Below, one piece after another: positions 22,228 through 33,192 of a stretch of 64,000 bases of DNA (its first letter is position 1; each line of letters opens with the position of its first letter). Origin of the DNA: Nitrosopumilus sp. (GTDB lineage: Archaea > Thermoproteota > Nitrososphaeria > Nitrososphaerales > Nitrosopumilaceae). The DNA is taken from the NCBI GenBank assembly GCA_965207445.1, contig CBDBLX010000002.1, forward strand, positions 768,001 through 832,000. The letters are read 5' to 3'. The notes under the pieces are model-generated. The model was given only the letters and a program-made list of their open reading frames with translations, did no database searches and was not told the origin of the DNA. The position numbers were made by a program, and so were the translations under genes.

Positions 22228-22306
22228 CACCTTGTATGTATGGGTTTTTGTATTTGCCACACGTATATTATCAAAAATTGTTTACATATGGGAGTTTGAT
22301 GCTTTA

Positions 22307-23353
22307 GTGCCCATTACATACAAGTCTGTTGGTGTGGATATATCCTCGATCAAAAAGAGTCAGAAGCGCATAGGTCGTATAATATCTGGAACACACAAAT
22401 CTCAAAGTACTGCAAAAGTCGAGCATGGGTTTGGGCATTATGCTGGTATCGTTAAGATACATGGCGGCTCTCGTATAGCTACCCACACTGATGGAGTTGG
22501 AACTAAAGTATTGATTGCAAATGCTCTAAAACAATATGATACTGTTGGCATTGACTGTGTTGCAATGAATGTCAATGATATAATATGTACTGGTGCAACA
22601 CCTATATCATTTGTCAATTATATTGCTGCAAATCAAAATGATACTGAAAAGTTTGCAGATATTGTAAAGGGACTTGCTAGTGGTGCAAAAAAAGGAATGG
22701 TACCGATAGTGGGTGGTGAAACTGCTATTATGCCGGGACTTTTTGGTTGCAAAAAAAACACTAACAAATTTGAATTTGATCTTGCAGGAACCGTCGTTGG
22801 TGTTTTACCTTTGAAAAAAAATGTAATGGGTGATTGCATATCTGCAAATGATGTAATTATTGGTGCACACAGTACTGGAATTCATTCAAATGGTTATACA
22901 CTTGCCCGTGAGGCACTCAAAGATGTATCTCTTGACTCTAAATTATATCGAGGCGGACCAACGTTTGGTGATGCATTACTCAAACCTACTGAGATCTATG
23001 TAAAACCTGTACTTGATGCATTAAACGATCGTACTGTATCGATACATGGGTTGGCTCATATAACCGGCGGTGCGTTTACAAAATTGCAACGTCTCAATAC
23101 TCGTGTGGGATTTAAAATTGATCATATGCCACAAATACCATCTATAATTAAAGCAGTAATGGAACATGGAAAGATATCACTTGATGAAATGTATCGTACA
23201 TTTAACATGGGTGTAGGATTTTGTGTGATTGCACCCGTCGAGTCTTCTATTGCAATTAAAAAAACATTTTCTAAATATCGAATCAAAACCACTGTAATTG
23301 GTAAGATTACTAAAAAAAGTGGCGTAACTGTAAACTCTATTAAAATCACATGA
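22307..23353 (+). CDS. purM: Phosphoribosylformylglycinamidine cyclo-ligase
   Basis: TYKSVGVDI, HTDGVGTK, VGGETAIMPG, AHITGGA and MYRTFNMGVG motifs. Confidence 0.96.
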   Translation: MPITYKSVGVDISSIKKSQKRIGRIISGTHKSQSTAKVEHGFGHYAGIVKIHGGSRIATHTDGVGTKVLIANALKQYDTVGIDCVAMNVNDIICTGATPISFVNYIAANQNDTEKFADIVKGLASGAKKGMVPIVGGETAIMPGLFGCKKNTNKFEFDLAGTVVGVLPLKKNVMGDCISANDVIIGAHSTGIHSNGYTLAREALKDVSLDSKLYRGGPTFGDALLKPTEIYVKPVLDALNDRTVSIHGLAHITGGAFTKLQRLNTRVGFKIDHMPQIPSIIKAVMEHGKISLDEMYRTFNMGVGFCVIAPVESSIAIKKTFSKYRIKTTVIGKITKKSGVTVNSIKIT

Positions 23354-23383
23354 TTCTTTTTGGTCATCATTGTAATGTGTTGA

Positions 23384-23460
23384 TGATGTGTTCATGATGT
23401 GTTTGTGATGTGTTTGTGATGTGCTCATGATGTGTTTGTGATGTGCTCATGATGTGTATT
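23384..23460. repeat. 11-bp tandem repeat (TGATGTGYTYR), about 7 copies
   Basis: Read directly: tgatgtgttca tgatgtgtttg tgatgtgtttg tgatgtgctca ... Confidence 0.9.
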
Positions 23461-23659
23461 TTGAGGACATGTATCAAATATAAAAAACGATCACATTAGT
23501 ATTATTTACAGTTTTTAGCCACATTTAAAAATGATTAAAATAAATATATGTTTTATATATTTATAATATTAAATGTTGTAATTTTGTGTGTTTTTGTGTA
23601 ATCTAAGTTTACGATAGTTTGTTTTTCATATATATTGTCGATTTAAGTGATGTTGTAAT

Positions 23660-24934
23660 ATGGTAGCCGAAGCAGGTTTCGTTGAAGTTATAATTGCAGT
23701 TGGTATTCTTTTGTTTGCTGCAAAGTTGATGGCAGAGCTATTTTTGAGGCTCAATTTACCAATTGTACTTGGCGAACTGCTTGCAGGAATGATTGTGGGT
23801 CCATTTGCATTAGGTTCGTTTTTTATACTTGATGGCAGACATGTATTAGAAATAACCCCTGAGATCAAATTGTTAGGTGAGATTGGTGCCATTGTAATCT
23901 TGTTTATGGCAGGACTTGAGATGACGCCTAGAGAGTTTCTTCGAGGTGGCAAGGCATCATTTACAATAGGTACGTTGGGTGTTGTTGTCCCGTTCTTTGT
24001 AGGGTTGTTGGTATTTCAATGGTATGGATTTGATGCACTCCAGTCTATGATGGTCGCCACTGCATTGACTGCTACAAGTATTGCAATATCTGTACAAGTG
24101 TTAAACGAACTTGGCAAGCTAAAGTCACCTGAAGCACGATTGATCATAGGTGCTGCTATTGTAGATGACATTCTTGCAATTGCTGTACTCTCTGTAGTGA
24201 CATCACTTGCAACTGATGCATCAGGACTTGATAATCTTAACGTTATTGATGTTACGTGGACCATACTTAAAGTATTGGGATTCTTTGTTGCAATGTTGAT
24301 TGCATCTATAGTGATAATGCCGCGACTAATGTCTACAAGATTTTGGAAGGCAGAAGGAAGCGTTGAGGCAATAGCAACTGCATCGTTTTTTGGAGCTGCT
24401 GCTTTTGCAGGATCTATAGGACTATCCCCGATAGTTGGTGCCTTTGCGGTAGGTATGGCTTTGTCCACTACAAATACATTTAAAAAAGTAAATATGTATA
24501 CGAAAAAAATAGCGCTAATATTTGCCCCACTGTTCTTTTCTATTATAGGTGCTCAAGTAGACTTTAGGTCCGTAGACCTTACTGTCTTGGGATTGACAGG
24601 AGTGATAATGGTTATTGCAATTGCGACTAAATTTTTTGGATGTGGGCTTCCTGCAATGTTCTTTCTCAAGAGCAGGATACGTGGAATGCGTGTTGGAGTA
24701 GGTATGGTATCTCGTGGTGAAGTGGGTTTGATTGTTGCAGGTGTTGGAGTAGGTGCTGGAATTTTGACATCTGAGATTTACTCTACTGTAATTATAATGG
24801 TTGCACTAACAACGATAATTACTCCTATATGGCTCAAGATGTTGTACAAAAATGAAACTTCAACTGAGCCATCAAAGAGTGAAGGTGATGAATCTGGGAA
24901 TGATGAGTCAAAGGGCGAGCGTGTCATTTCTTGA
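23660..24934 (+). CDS. Cation:proton antiporter (CPA2/NapA-Kef family)
   Basis: About 12 TMs; ALTATSIAI, AAIVDDI and GMVSRGEVGLI motifs. Confidence 0.93.
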   Translation: MVAEAGFVEVIIAVGILLFAAKLMAELFLRLNLPIVLGELLAGMIVGPFALGSFFILDGRHVLEITPEIKLLGEIGAIVILFMAGLEMTPREFLRGGKASFTIGTLGVVVPFFVGLLVFQWYGFDALQSMMVATALTATSIAISVQVLNELGKLKSPEARLIIGAAIVDDILAIAVLSVVTSLATDASGLDNLNVIDVTWTILKVLGFFVAMLIASIVIMPRLMSTRFWKAEGSVEAIATASFFGAAAFAGSIGLSPIVGAFAVGMALSTTNTFKKVNMYTKKIALIFAPLFFSIIGAQVDFRSVDLTVLGLTGVIMVIAIATKFFGCGLPAMFFLKSRIRGMRVGVGMVSRGEVGLIVAGVGVGAGILTSEIYSTVIIMVALTTIITPIWLKMLYKNETSTEPSKSEGDESGNDESKGERVIS

Positions 24935-25010
24935 TATTTTATGTATTTAATTATGTTGTTGTGATACTGGATATTGTGTATAGTGACTTTAAAAACACCA
25001 ACCAGGTGAC

Positions 25011-26807
25011 TTGCATGTGACTGCTATGACTAGTAACCAAACTGACACTATGATGCAACTTGCCTGTGATGAGATCGTCAATATAATATCATCTAATATT
25101 GGCATGTATAATAGTCACAAACGTCTGCGTAGAGTGGTATTTGATGTGTGCTCAAAGTATGCACTATCTCGTGTACCAAAGAACCATGAAATTTTATCAT
25201 CAGCAGTACAAAAAAACAAGAGTTGTATCATTAATGATGATACTTTTCAAACACTTCGTCACATATTGCTCAAGAAACCTGCCAAAACTGCATCTGGTGT
25301 TGCAATTATTGCTATAATGCCAAAGCCATTTGCATGCCCTCATGGACGGTGTACATACTGTCCTGGTGGTCCAGAATACAACACTCCTAATAGCTATACG
25401 GGAGCAGAACCTCCTGCAATTGATGCTATGTCTAATGACTATGCTCCGATTCCGCAGATACAAACAAAACTCGAGCAACTCTGTAAGTTTGGGCATGATA
25501 CATCAAAGACTGAGATTGTAATTGTTGGTGGAACGTTTCTCTTTATGCCTAAATCATACAGATACAATTACATAAAATCATGCTATGATGCATTGAATGG
25601 ATTTTCATCTGATACACTACAACAAGCACAACAGGCAAACGAGCAGGCCTCTGTGCGAAACGTGGGATTTACAATAGAGACAAAACCTGATTATTGTAAG
25701 ATACCTCATATCGATGATATGTTAGAGTATGGTGTCACGCGCGTAGAGATCGGAGTGCAGTCTCTTCGGAACCGTGTGTATGACATTGTTAACCGAGGAC
25801 ACACATATGATGATGTAGTGGAATCGTTTCAACTTGCCAAAGATGCAGGATACAAGATTGTAGCTCACATGATGCCTGGACTTCCAACCATGACACCTGA
25901 GGATGATATTGCTGATTTTGCAAAATTATACAATGACTCTGATCTAAAACCTGATATGTTAAAGATATATCCGTCCCTTGTCATAAAGGGAACTACATTA
26001 TATGATGAATATGTTGCAGGTCGGTATATACCATACTCTGATCATGATATAATAAATGTCCTCGCAGAAGCAAAGTCACGCATCCCCAAATGGGTTCGTA
26101 TAATGCGTATTCAGCGAGAGATCCCGCCGTCTCAGATTATTGCAGGACCCAAACAAGGAAATCTCCGCCAGATTGTACGTGATATACTAAAGAGACGTGG
26201 TACCCCTTGCAAATGTATAAGATGTAGAGAAGTGGGCTTATCCACTGCCACTAATACTGCAAATTGTGCCCCTCTGCCCAAAGTAGATGATCTACATATG
26301 GATGTCGTATATTATGATTCGTCAAATGGCAGAGAAGCTTTTGTATCGTATGAGGATGATCTAGGGAGAATATATGGATTTGTTCGTTTGCGCAAGCCAA
26401 GCTGCAATGCACACAGGCCTGAAATTTTGGGCGGATCTGAGAGTGTATCTAATGTTCGTATACATAAAAATCATGGGCCAGATAATGATTATCAAAATAC
26501 AAACAACACTGATAATGGCATCACAACATGTATAATACGCGAACTACATGTCTATGGACAAACTGTTAAAGTTGGTTCTGATACTGATTCACTTTCAGAT
26601 TTTGGATATTTTAATACACATGATAACATAACTACGATTCAACATTCTGGTCTTGGGAGGCAATTGATGAGTGCTGCTGAGGATATTGCACGCACCAAAT
26701 TCAGGGCACAACGACTACTTGTAATAAGTGCAGTTGGAACTAGACCATATTATAGAAAGTTAGGCTACTCGTTATATGGGCCATACATGTCAAAGGATTT
26801 AGTATGA
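25011..26807 (+). CDS. elp3: Elongator Elp3 tRNA uridine(34) acetyltransferase (radical SAM + GNAT)
   Basis: CPHGRCTYCPGG, IETKPD, IRELHVYG, QHSGLG and ISAVGTRPYYRKLGY motifs. Confidence 0.95.
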   Translation: MHVTAMTSNQTDTMMQLACDEIVNIISSNIGMYNSHKRLRRVVFDVCSKYALSRVPKNHEILSSAVQKNKSCIINDDTFQTLRHILLKKPAKTASGVAIIAIMPKPFACPHGRCTYCPGGPEYNTPNSYTGAEPPAIDAMSNDYAPIPQIQTKLEQLCKFGHDTSKTEIVIVGGTFLFMPKSYRYNYIKSCYDALNGFSSDTLQQAQQANEQASVRNVGFTIETKPDYCKIPHIDDMLEYGVTRVEIGVQSLRNRVYDIVNRGHTYDDVVESFQLAKDAGYKIVAHMMPGLPTMTPEDDIADFAKLYNDSDLKPDMLKIYPSLVIKGTTLYDEYVAGRYIPYSDHDIINVLAEAKSRIPKWVRIMRIQREIPPSQIIAGPKQGNLRQIVRDILKRRGTPCKCIRCREVGLSTATNTANCAPLPKVDDLHMDVVYYDSSNGREAFVSYEDDLGRIYGFVRLRKPSCNAHRPEILGGSESVSNVRIHKNHGPDNDYQNTNNTDNGITTCIIRELHVYGQTVKVGSDTDSLSDFGYFNTHDNITTIQHSGLGRQLMSAAEDIARTKFRAQRLLVISAVGTRPYYRKLGYSLYGPYMSKDLV

Positions 26808-26824
26808 ATGGTAGTGTGGTATGA

Positions 26825-28501
26825 TTGAGTTCTAATATGATTGATGATGTGCTTGATGATACGACAAAGATGATAGGCCATGGAACGTGGCTTGATAAGC
26901 TTGCAGACGAGATGATAAAACGAGAGAAAAAACTTCAACGTAGCACAAAGATGCTTGTAGTTGAGAGCGGCCTTGGAGCATCTGGCATTCCTCATATTGG
27001 AAGTTTGGGTGATGCTGTGCGTGCATATGGTATCAAGCTGGCACTTGGCAATATGGGTTATGACTCAAAATTGATAGCTTACTCTGATGATCTTGATGGA
27101 TTACGCAAAATACCTCAGGGACTTCCTGATTCGCTTGAAGAACACTTGGGAAAACCCGTATCACTTATTCCTGACCCATTTTCTACTCATGAGTCTTATG
27201 GTATGCATATGAGTAGCATACTTCTTGATGGACTTGATCGTATGGGCATTAAATATGAATTTCGACGTGCGTATGATACGTATCGCAAAGGACTACTTGA
27301 GAATCAAATTCACACAATTTTGACAAAGAGCTCTCAGATAGGCAAACAGATTGAAGATATGGTAGGTCAGTCTAAATATCGTGATAACACTCTACCATAC
27401 TTTCCTGTATGTGCATCTTGCAACAAACTATACACTGCCCGTGCAACTGACTATGTAGAATCTGAGCGTAAAGTGTTGTATGTGTGCTGTGATGTACAGA
27501 TGAATCAACGTGTAATTCGTGGATGTGGGTACACTGGAGAATCTGACATAAGACGCGATCTTGGCAAGTTGGCATGGAAAGTAGAGTTTGCAGCTAGATG
27601 GGCCGCATTTGATGTAAGATTTGAGGCATATGGCAAAGACATCATGGACTCTGTAAAGGTAAATGACTGGGTAGCAGAGAATATTTTGGGATTTGCGCAT
27701 CCTCACCATGCTAAATATGAGATGTTCCTTGACAAAGGGGGCAAAAAGATATCGAAATCTGCTGGAAACGTACTGACTGCTCAAAGATGGCTAGAGTTTG
27801 CAACTCCTCAATCTGTTTTGTTACTGCTCTACAAACGAATAGCAGGCGCTCGTGAGCTTGGAATAGATGGTGATGTTCCATCACTGATGGATGAGTTCAA
27901 TGAGCTTGAAGACATATACTTTGATAAACGCATACGCAAGGACCTAAAAAATAACCCTGCTAAACTTGCCAAATCAAAAGGACTGTACTTGTATGCAAAT
28001 CTTTTGAATCCTCCGCAAAAACCTAGTATACATGTCAGTTACATGCTGGTTGTAAAACTAGCACAAATATACAAAAATAATCCTGATCGCAGCAAATCTG
28101 TAATCTCAAAATTATTAGAATATGGTGCAATTACAGAATCAGATGCGCAGATAGAACATCTTGTAAAATTGGCTACTACATATGCAGATGAATTTGCAGA
28201 TGAAAAACATGAACACGACTCTACTATACACATTGATCAAAGTATTCGAGATACCTTACTTGAGATTGCGCAATTGTTTGATTCTATTGTTGATACGCGT
28301 AATACTGCTGATAATTTACCTGATCAAATTCAAACTACCATATATAACACTGCAAAGTCAAACAATGTATTGCCAAAAGATGTTTTTTCTGCTTTGTATG
28401 GTGTGATACTTGGCTCAAACAGAGGTCCTCGTATTGGTCCGCTCATATGTGACATTGGAGCAGAACATGTGGCACAACTCATCAGGGAACGTGTTAGTTG
28501 A
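26825..28501 (+). CDS. lysS: Lysyl-tRNA synthetase, class I
   Basis: ESGLGASGIPHIGS, GKLAWKVEFAARW, KISKSAGN and GPRIG motifs. Confidence 0.96.
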   Translation: MSSNMIDDVLDDTTKMIGHGTWLDKLADEMIKREKKLQRSTKMLVVESGLGASGIPHIGSLGDAVRAYGIKLALGNMGYDSKLIAYSDDLDGLRKIPQGLPDSLEEHLGKPVSLIPDPFSTHESYGMHMSSILLDGLDRMGIKYEFRRAYDTYRKGLLENQIHTILTKSSQIGKQIEDMVGQSKYRDNTLPYFPVCASCNKLYTARATDYVESERKVLYVCCDVQMNQRVIRGCGYTGESDIRRDLGKLAWKVEFAARWAAFDVRFEAYGKDIMDSVKVNDWVAENILGFAHPHHAKYEMFLDKGGKKISKSAGNVLTAQRWLEFATPQSVLLLLYKRIAGARELGIDGDVPSLMDEFNELEDIYFDKRIRKDLKNNPAKLAKSKGLYLYANLLNPPQKPSIHVSYMLVVKLAQIYKNNPDRSKSVISKLLEYGAITESDAQIEHLVKLATTYADEFADEKHEHDSTIHIDQSIRDTLLEIAQLFDSIVDTRNTADNLPDQIQTTIYNTAKSNNVLPKDVFSALYGVILGSNRGPRIGPLICDIGAEHVAQLIRERVS

Positions 28502-28704
28502 TGGTGCACACTGAGCACAACAGATCTAAAAACGGAAGTTGGTTTGCTCTAATAATATTTGGAGCAATTATGCTATTCTTAGCACCTAGTATACATCCAA
28601 CTGAACCGGAGATGGGTGTTGCTGCATTTGTAGTGGGTTTGGTGATCGGGGGATTGGGATTCTTTTTGCGCTTTGTTCATGGCAGAGGCAAGAACTCTGG
28701 TTAA
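28498..28704 (+). CDS. Small 2-TM membrane protein
   Basis: Two hydrophobic helices; coupled to the lysS stop. Confidence 0.65.
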   Translation: MMVHTEHNRSKNGSWFALIIFGAIMLFLAPSIHPTEPEMGVAAFVVGLVIGGLGFFLRFVHGRGKNSG

Positions 28705-28860
28705 ATTGTTTGTAGTTGTGTTTACTGTCACAATTGTTTGTTGTTGTAGTCAGTATACGTTGCAATCGTATATGTTGCAATCGTATATGATCAATATATA
28801 ATAAACATATGATCAATATACTGAATATCTCAAGATCGCAAAGTTCATTTTTTAGTATTT

Positions 28861-30093
28861 TTGAGTGTATTCATGGGATTATTTGATAGGTTCAAAAAAC
28901 AAAAGGACACTAATGTTGATAATGATGCAATTCATAGTGGCACAGAGTCTACAAATAGTGATGATGTTCTTGATTCTTCATCTATTACCTCAACGTCCAC
29001 TGACACTGACTCTAAAGAATCAAAAATAACTGAAACTGAATCTGTATTATCTGGAGATAAAGTTCACCCTAACTCTGTCACAGAAACTACCATTGAGAAT
29101 ATTTCTGACACCATTGATCAAAACACTACATCTGATCATATTTTTGATAGTGTAAACTCATCAGCAAAGAACGTCACAACATCAACTGCAAATGATGTTA
29201 CGCCAAAGCAACAACAACACAACGATCTGTCTTTTAATGAGGACTCTAATCACAATGGTGTTGATACATCAGACAAACGTGACATTCATACAAACGATCA
29301 TGCTGTAAACAAAACCAAATCTAAGATTATTAACACGCCTCATACTGTTGCAGATGATACCCAGTCCGGCTCAATTACTTCACTAAAAACTGACGAGTTA
29401 GATGATATTGTAAAACGCATCAAAAGTGTAAAAGAAGAGTATGGCTTATCGGTCAAGGATCTAATGGATACAAAGCGTAATCTTAATGAAAAACATGCCG
29501 AATTAGAGTCACTACAATCTCGTATCAATAAATTATGTGCAGATATTGACAAGAACCAAAAAATTTACTCTGAGATAACCAAAACAGTAGAGCAAAAAAA
29601 AAGTGATCTTGAAAAAATCAAAAATAACATCAAAGATTCTACAGATACACATGCCAAGCTTTTAGAAGACATATCAAAAGCACAACACACACTTTCTGTT
29701 ACAAAAACAGAACAATCAGAAACAGCGCAATTATTAGATGATACTAATGCCCGATTATACAATGCAAATCAAGAACTTCGCATGCAAGATGAGTTTCAAG
29801 CTGATACACTTACTGACACTGAACGAGAATTTATAGAATCTAGTACTCATTCCAAACCTCTAGTACAACCACCCAGCACATCAACTGACTCTGTAAATAA
29901 TGATGTGCAACCTAGTTATGCTGGTGTTGTGGAAGCTGCGAGTGTAGTAGTTGCATCTTTAAAATCAAGACTCAACACTACACAAAAAGAGTTGGAGGCA
30001 GTGCAATCTATGTTGTCACAAGAGCGACAACAACATGAGGCCACAAAGAAACGTTTAGAATCTATGCTGAGTGGCGAAAATACTGATACGTAA
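28861..30093 (+). CDS. Coiled-coil protein with long S/T/D-rich N-terminal region
   Basis: MGLFDRFKK start, heptad region at about aa 175-310, and a GVVEAASVVVASLKSRL C-terminal segment. Confidence 0.75.
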   Translation: MSVFMGLFDRFKKQKDTNVDNDAIHSGTESTNSDDVLDSSSITSTSTDTDSKESKITETESVLSGDKVHPNSVTETTIENISDTIDQNTTSDHIFDSVNSSAKNVTTSTANDVTPKQQQHNDLSFNEDSNHNGVDTSDKRDIHTNDHAVNKTKSKIINTPHTVADDTQSGSITSLKTDELDDIVKRIKSVKEEYGLSVKDLMDTKRNLNEKHAELESLQSRINKLCADIDKNQKIYSEITKTVEQKKSDLEKIKNNIKDSTDTHAKLLEDISKAQHTLSVTKTEQSETAQLLDDTNARLYNANQELRMQDEFQADTLTDTEREFIESSTHSKPLVQPPSTSTDSVNNDVQPSYAGVVEAASVVVASLKSRLNTTQKELEAVQSMLSQERQQHEATKKRLESMLSGENTDT

Positions 30094-30129
30094 TGTTTGA
30101 CTATTTTTTCTGTATTCGTGATTTGCCAA

Positions 30130-30987
30130 TGAGATGGATCCTATGAATTGAGAGCGCTTTTTGAGAAAAAATCGAGAGATCGTCAGTAGTGTTCAGGGTG
30201 TACCCAATCCAGATCCGCATAAAGACGTCAATCATTGTATAACAATAGGGCCATGATTTTCCTGCCGGGATGATGTAATGTCTGCTTCCCAGATTTCATA
30301 GGGACGTGTTGTCTTGACCTTACGAGATCTATGTTTTACAGCTTTCTTTTTTGGTTGTGATCGGTTCAATTAGGCCCCCCCGTTTTTCGGCATATATTCT
30401 GGATTTATTTACGGTTTATTGATTGTTTTAATGCTTGATACTGCATCTGCCAACCTGCGTGTCTCATATGCAGGACGCTCTATGTTGATCTTTTTGATCA
30501 GATTTGTAACGTCTGTGTTTATGTAAGTTTATCTCTTTTTAGATATGGGTTTGTAGTACATTTTGTTGTTGGATGCACCAATGTATGAAAGAGCCTTTCT
30601 TGACGATATTTTTTCTGCCAAGCGAAGTAGCATCATTTTATCCGGCCCTCACAGCTTTTTTAAATTCCTCAATGACTATTGTCTGTTCTGCTATTATTGT
30701 TTTAAGATTGTCAATTTCGTGTTTGTGTCAAGTTCAGATGCTCCCCTGGACTCAATTGATCGTTTTCCACCCTCAATGAATCGTGTCCTCCACTTGGAGA
30801 ATGCACCATGGGTGATGTTGTGTTTATGGCACAACTCAGATATTTTGATGTATGTCTCAAAGAATTCTAACACGATCAGAATCTTATTTTTTTGTAGTAA
30901 ATCTCTTACCCCTCATTGCATTGTGACCTCCTTGCTGAGCAAAATTCGTTTTCATTTGAGTGATCTCAATTTGACGGGGTCCGGACC
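30130..30987 (-). pseudogene. Degenerate IS3-family element
   Basis: Minus-strand fragments ISELCHKHNITHGAFSKWRTRFIEGG (OrfA HTH) and RPAYETRRL / RPYEIWEADIT (OrfB), with stops and frameshifts. IR-like end GGTCCGGACCCCGTCAAATTGAGATCA. Confidence 0.7.
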
Positions 30988-31319
30988 GTCAATGAAACCT
31001 GTAATAGGTCAGAGGAACAGTCGTCTACAGTTAAAGAGTGACAAGGGGGCAGAAAACCTCTCTGTGATGCTTAATAGTTTCATTAAAGATCCGATAGTTT
31101 TCTAGTATTTTGTATTCATAATATGTGCTCAACTTTGAGATAAGTATCAATCAAAATATCGGATCTTTAATCATATCAGTATGCTCAGTTGTGTTGAGAC
31201 GTGGAAGCTGCGTGGACTAAATGTCTGAGACGAGTTGTGTAAAATCATGGTCCATCGCCTGATGATGCATCTTAAAGATATATGATCTTGTTATTATGCC
31301 AAAATAGGTTGGTTCACAC
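30988..31319 (+). mobile_element. Right-end remnant of the second IS66-like family, interrupted by the 110-bp MITE
   Basis: MKPVIGQRNSRLQLKSDKGAENLSVML|SCVETWKLRGLNV resembles an IS66 transposase C-terminus. Matches 60066-60257 and the end of 62834-63282. End AATAGGTTGGTTCACAC. Confidence 0.75.
31072..31180. mobile_element. 109/110-bp MITE, copy 1
   Basis: TAATAGTTTCATTAAAGATCCGATA...TATCGGATCTTTAATCATATCAGT flanked by ATGCT on both sides. Absent from homologous sites near 60120 and 63147. Confidence 0.9.
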
Positions 31320-31359
31320 AAATATTCACGTGCTATGGTAGTGTATATTCTGCCAATGT

Positions 31360-31875
31360 TTAATTGTGCGTATTTGTGCGCTCAATCCACTTTGATTTTA
31401 TCTCTTCTTCTGATACACCAATGTCATACAATGGAGACAATACATTTGTAATAGATGTGACATTTACCATAATGATATTTTTGATTGAATTCTTGATACC
31501 TGTTTTTTTGTAATCGTTTACTATCTTTGTACATGTGTCTGAATCCGTTACTATTTTTGCTGTTCCTTCAAACAAGTATCCTCTACGCAGTATTGGATCT
31601 ATGACATTGATCTCAATACTGTCATTCTCTTTTAGATTTTTGACTGTATCTGGTGATCGTATAATTGCAAAGGTGAGTGTGTTTTTATCAAATCTTCTTA
31701 TTGTGCCCTTTGGTGACACATTTGGTCTGCCGCTTGCACTTGCTGTTGCTACATACCCTAAACGTTGTTTGTTTAAAAATTCTGCAATCTCGTCTGTGAT
31801 AACTGCTGTATTGGTATTATTGTGATTTTTGTGTTGTATGGATGATTTTGATGTTTTCACTATGTTTAGTTTCAT
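31360..31875 (-). CDS. Pyridoxamine 5'-phosphate oxidase-like FMN/F420-binding protein
   Basis: GYVATASASGRPNVSPKG and SPDTVKNLKEN split-barrel motifs. Confidence 0.85.
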   Translation of the reverse strand: MKLNIVKTSKSSIQHKNHNNTNTAVITDEIAEFLNKQRLGYVATASASGRPNVSPKGTIRRFDKNTLTFAIIRSPDTVKNLKENDSIEINVIDPILRRGYLFEGTAKIVTDSDTCTKIVNDYKKTGIKNSIKNIIMVNVTSITNVLSPLYDIGVSEEEIKSKWIERTNTHN

Positions 31876-31908
31876 ATGTTGTTGTTAATCTGCATTTTGA
31901 TATCTGTA

Positions 31909-32007
31909 CTATCGCATTAATTCTGCCATATATTGTGAGAAGAAAAAGAATCCAATTCCTCCTCCTATTATGGCAACCCATGCTACAATCTGCTTGATCT
32001 TGGACAT
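31909..32007 (-). CDS. Micro membrane protein (32 aa), not in ORF track
   Basis: MSKIKQIVAWVAIIGGGIGFFFFSQYMAELMR, a single TM. Confidence 0.5.
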   Translation of the reverse strand: MSKIKQIVAWVAIIGGGIGFFFFSQYMAELMR

Positions 32008-32105
32008 GATTCATGTTCTGATTTGTCACTATTGAGTCTATATATTCATGAACATTACGTTTTATTCTACTATTTGATCTTGATTTGTATGGATGTGTAT
32101 TGATT

Positions 32106-32360
32106 ATGTGGCTTAAAAAAATTCTTGGATTGTTTTTGTTTATAGTTAGCGGGTTGGCAATTATCATTGTGGGGTTCTTTATGCTTCGAGGGAATATGAG
32201 TATGTGGGACAGACCGACTTTTAGCGTTGATACTAGTGCTAATAGTGACGATAATAGTAATGACAACTCTGATACTGGTGACAACACTGATAATAGTGCT
32301 GATAATGGCACTGATGACAACTCTGATACTGATGATAACATTGAGAATAATAATGACTAA
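32106..32360 (+). CDS. Single-TM protein with Asp/Asn-rich repetitive tail
   Basis: MWLKKILGLFLFIVSGLAIIIVGFFML followed by DDNSND-type repeats. Confidence 0.55.
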   Translation: MWLKKILGLFLFIVSGLAIIIVGFFMLRGNMSMWDRPTFSVDTSANSDDNSNDNSDTGDNTDNSADNGTDDNSDTDDNIENNND

Positions 32361-32531
32361 TGATAATCCCCACAATCACAAATAATGACTAATAATGACA
32401 CTTGTGTACATTTGTTACACTATCATACTTGATCATGATAATAACGATAATCAAATATCGTATAACAGTGACATCTCAAACAAAAGTTCACCATAACAAC
32501 TCCTAATAGATACTTTGATACAACAAACTCA

Positions 32532-32837
32532 ATGAGTCTTGATCCTGCTATAAGAAGATCACTTGACGGTTATATCACACGACGAATACGTGAAATACCT
32601 GATGAGATAAATCAGTCCTTTCCTAGTGCATCAAAGATATGGAAGTGTAAACACGAGTCTGATTTTTTATATGGATACTATGTTGGTAAAATTGAGGAAG
32701 GAACTCTACACTACATCCTAAAAGCAACTAGGGCACATGCAGGTGGTTATCTTGATATGTTTGAGATACGTGGATTGATCGAATCTCATCGTGAAGAAAT
32801 TGTCTCTGCTATAAAATCTTCTTTATCACATATGTGA
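32532..32837 (+). CDS. Hypothetical protein
   Basis: 101-aa ORF of normal composition containing DFLYGYYVGKIEEG. Confidence 0.7.
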   Translation: MSLDPAIRRSLDGYITRRIREIPDEINQSFPSASKIWKCKHESDFLYGYYVGKIEEGTLHYILKATRAHAGGYLDMFEIRGLIESHREEIVSAIKSSLSHM

Positions 32838-32853
32838 TAGCCAAGTAAAAATA

Positions 32854-33048
32854 TTGCCGTATGTATTATCTTGTATGGTGGGTCCACAAGATGGAGGGTT
32901 TGGTTTTGATCAATCTCGAAAATATACTAGCATCAACAACATTGATGAGATATGCGTCCAATGTCAAGCAGGGCAACACAAGCGGTGTTTCAAAAAAACC
33001 AAGCAATGTGAATCATGTGAGTGTGAGCATTGTATGATTTTTGGTTAA
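32854..33048 (+). CDS. Small Cys/His-rich protein
   Basis: CVQC...H..C...CESCECEHC; likely ATG at 32876. Confidence 0.55.
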   Translation: MPYVLSCMVGPQDGGFGFDQSRKYTSINNIDEICVQCQAGQHKRCFKKTKQCESCECEHCMIFG

Positions 33049-33192
33049 TATTATAAATCAACCTTATAATTGTCCAAATTGCTAACTTTGTACAGAGGGC
33101 AGACAACTTAATGATAACTTGTGTCTAAAGTAGCCAAAGTTAATCCTTTACTCGATCAAGATTTAAAATACGCCACAAACTCGTCTGTTATA

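Noticed and set aside
23384..23460. Possible CRISPR array
   Set aside because: These are contiguous 11-bp tandem units with no spacers, and there are no cas genes nearby; it is a minisatellite.
30563..31105. 180-aa plus-strand ORF from the track
   Set aside because: It is a chimeric read-through: antisense of the IS3 remnant, then the IS66 fragment, then the MITE.
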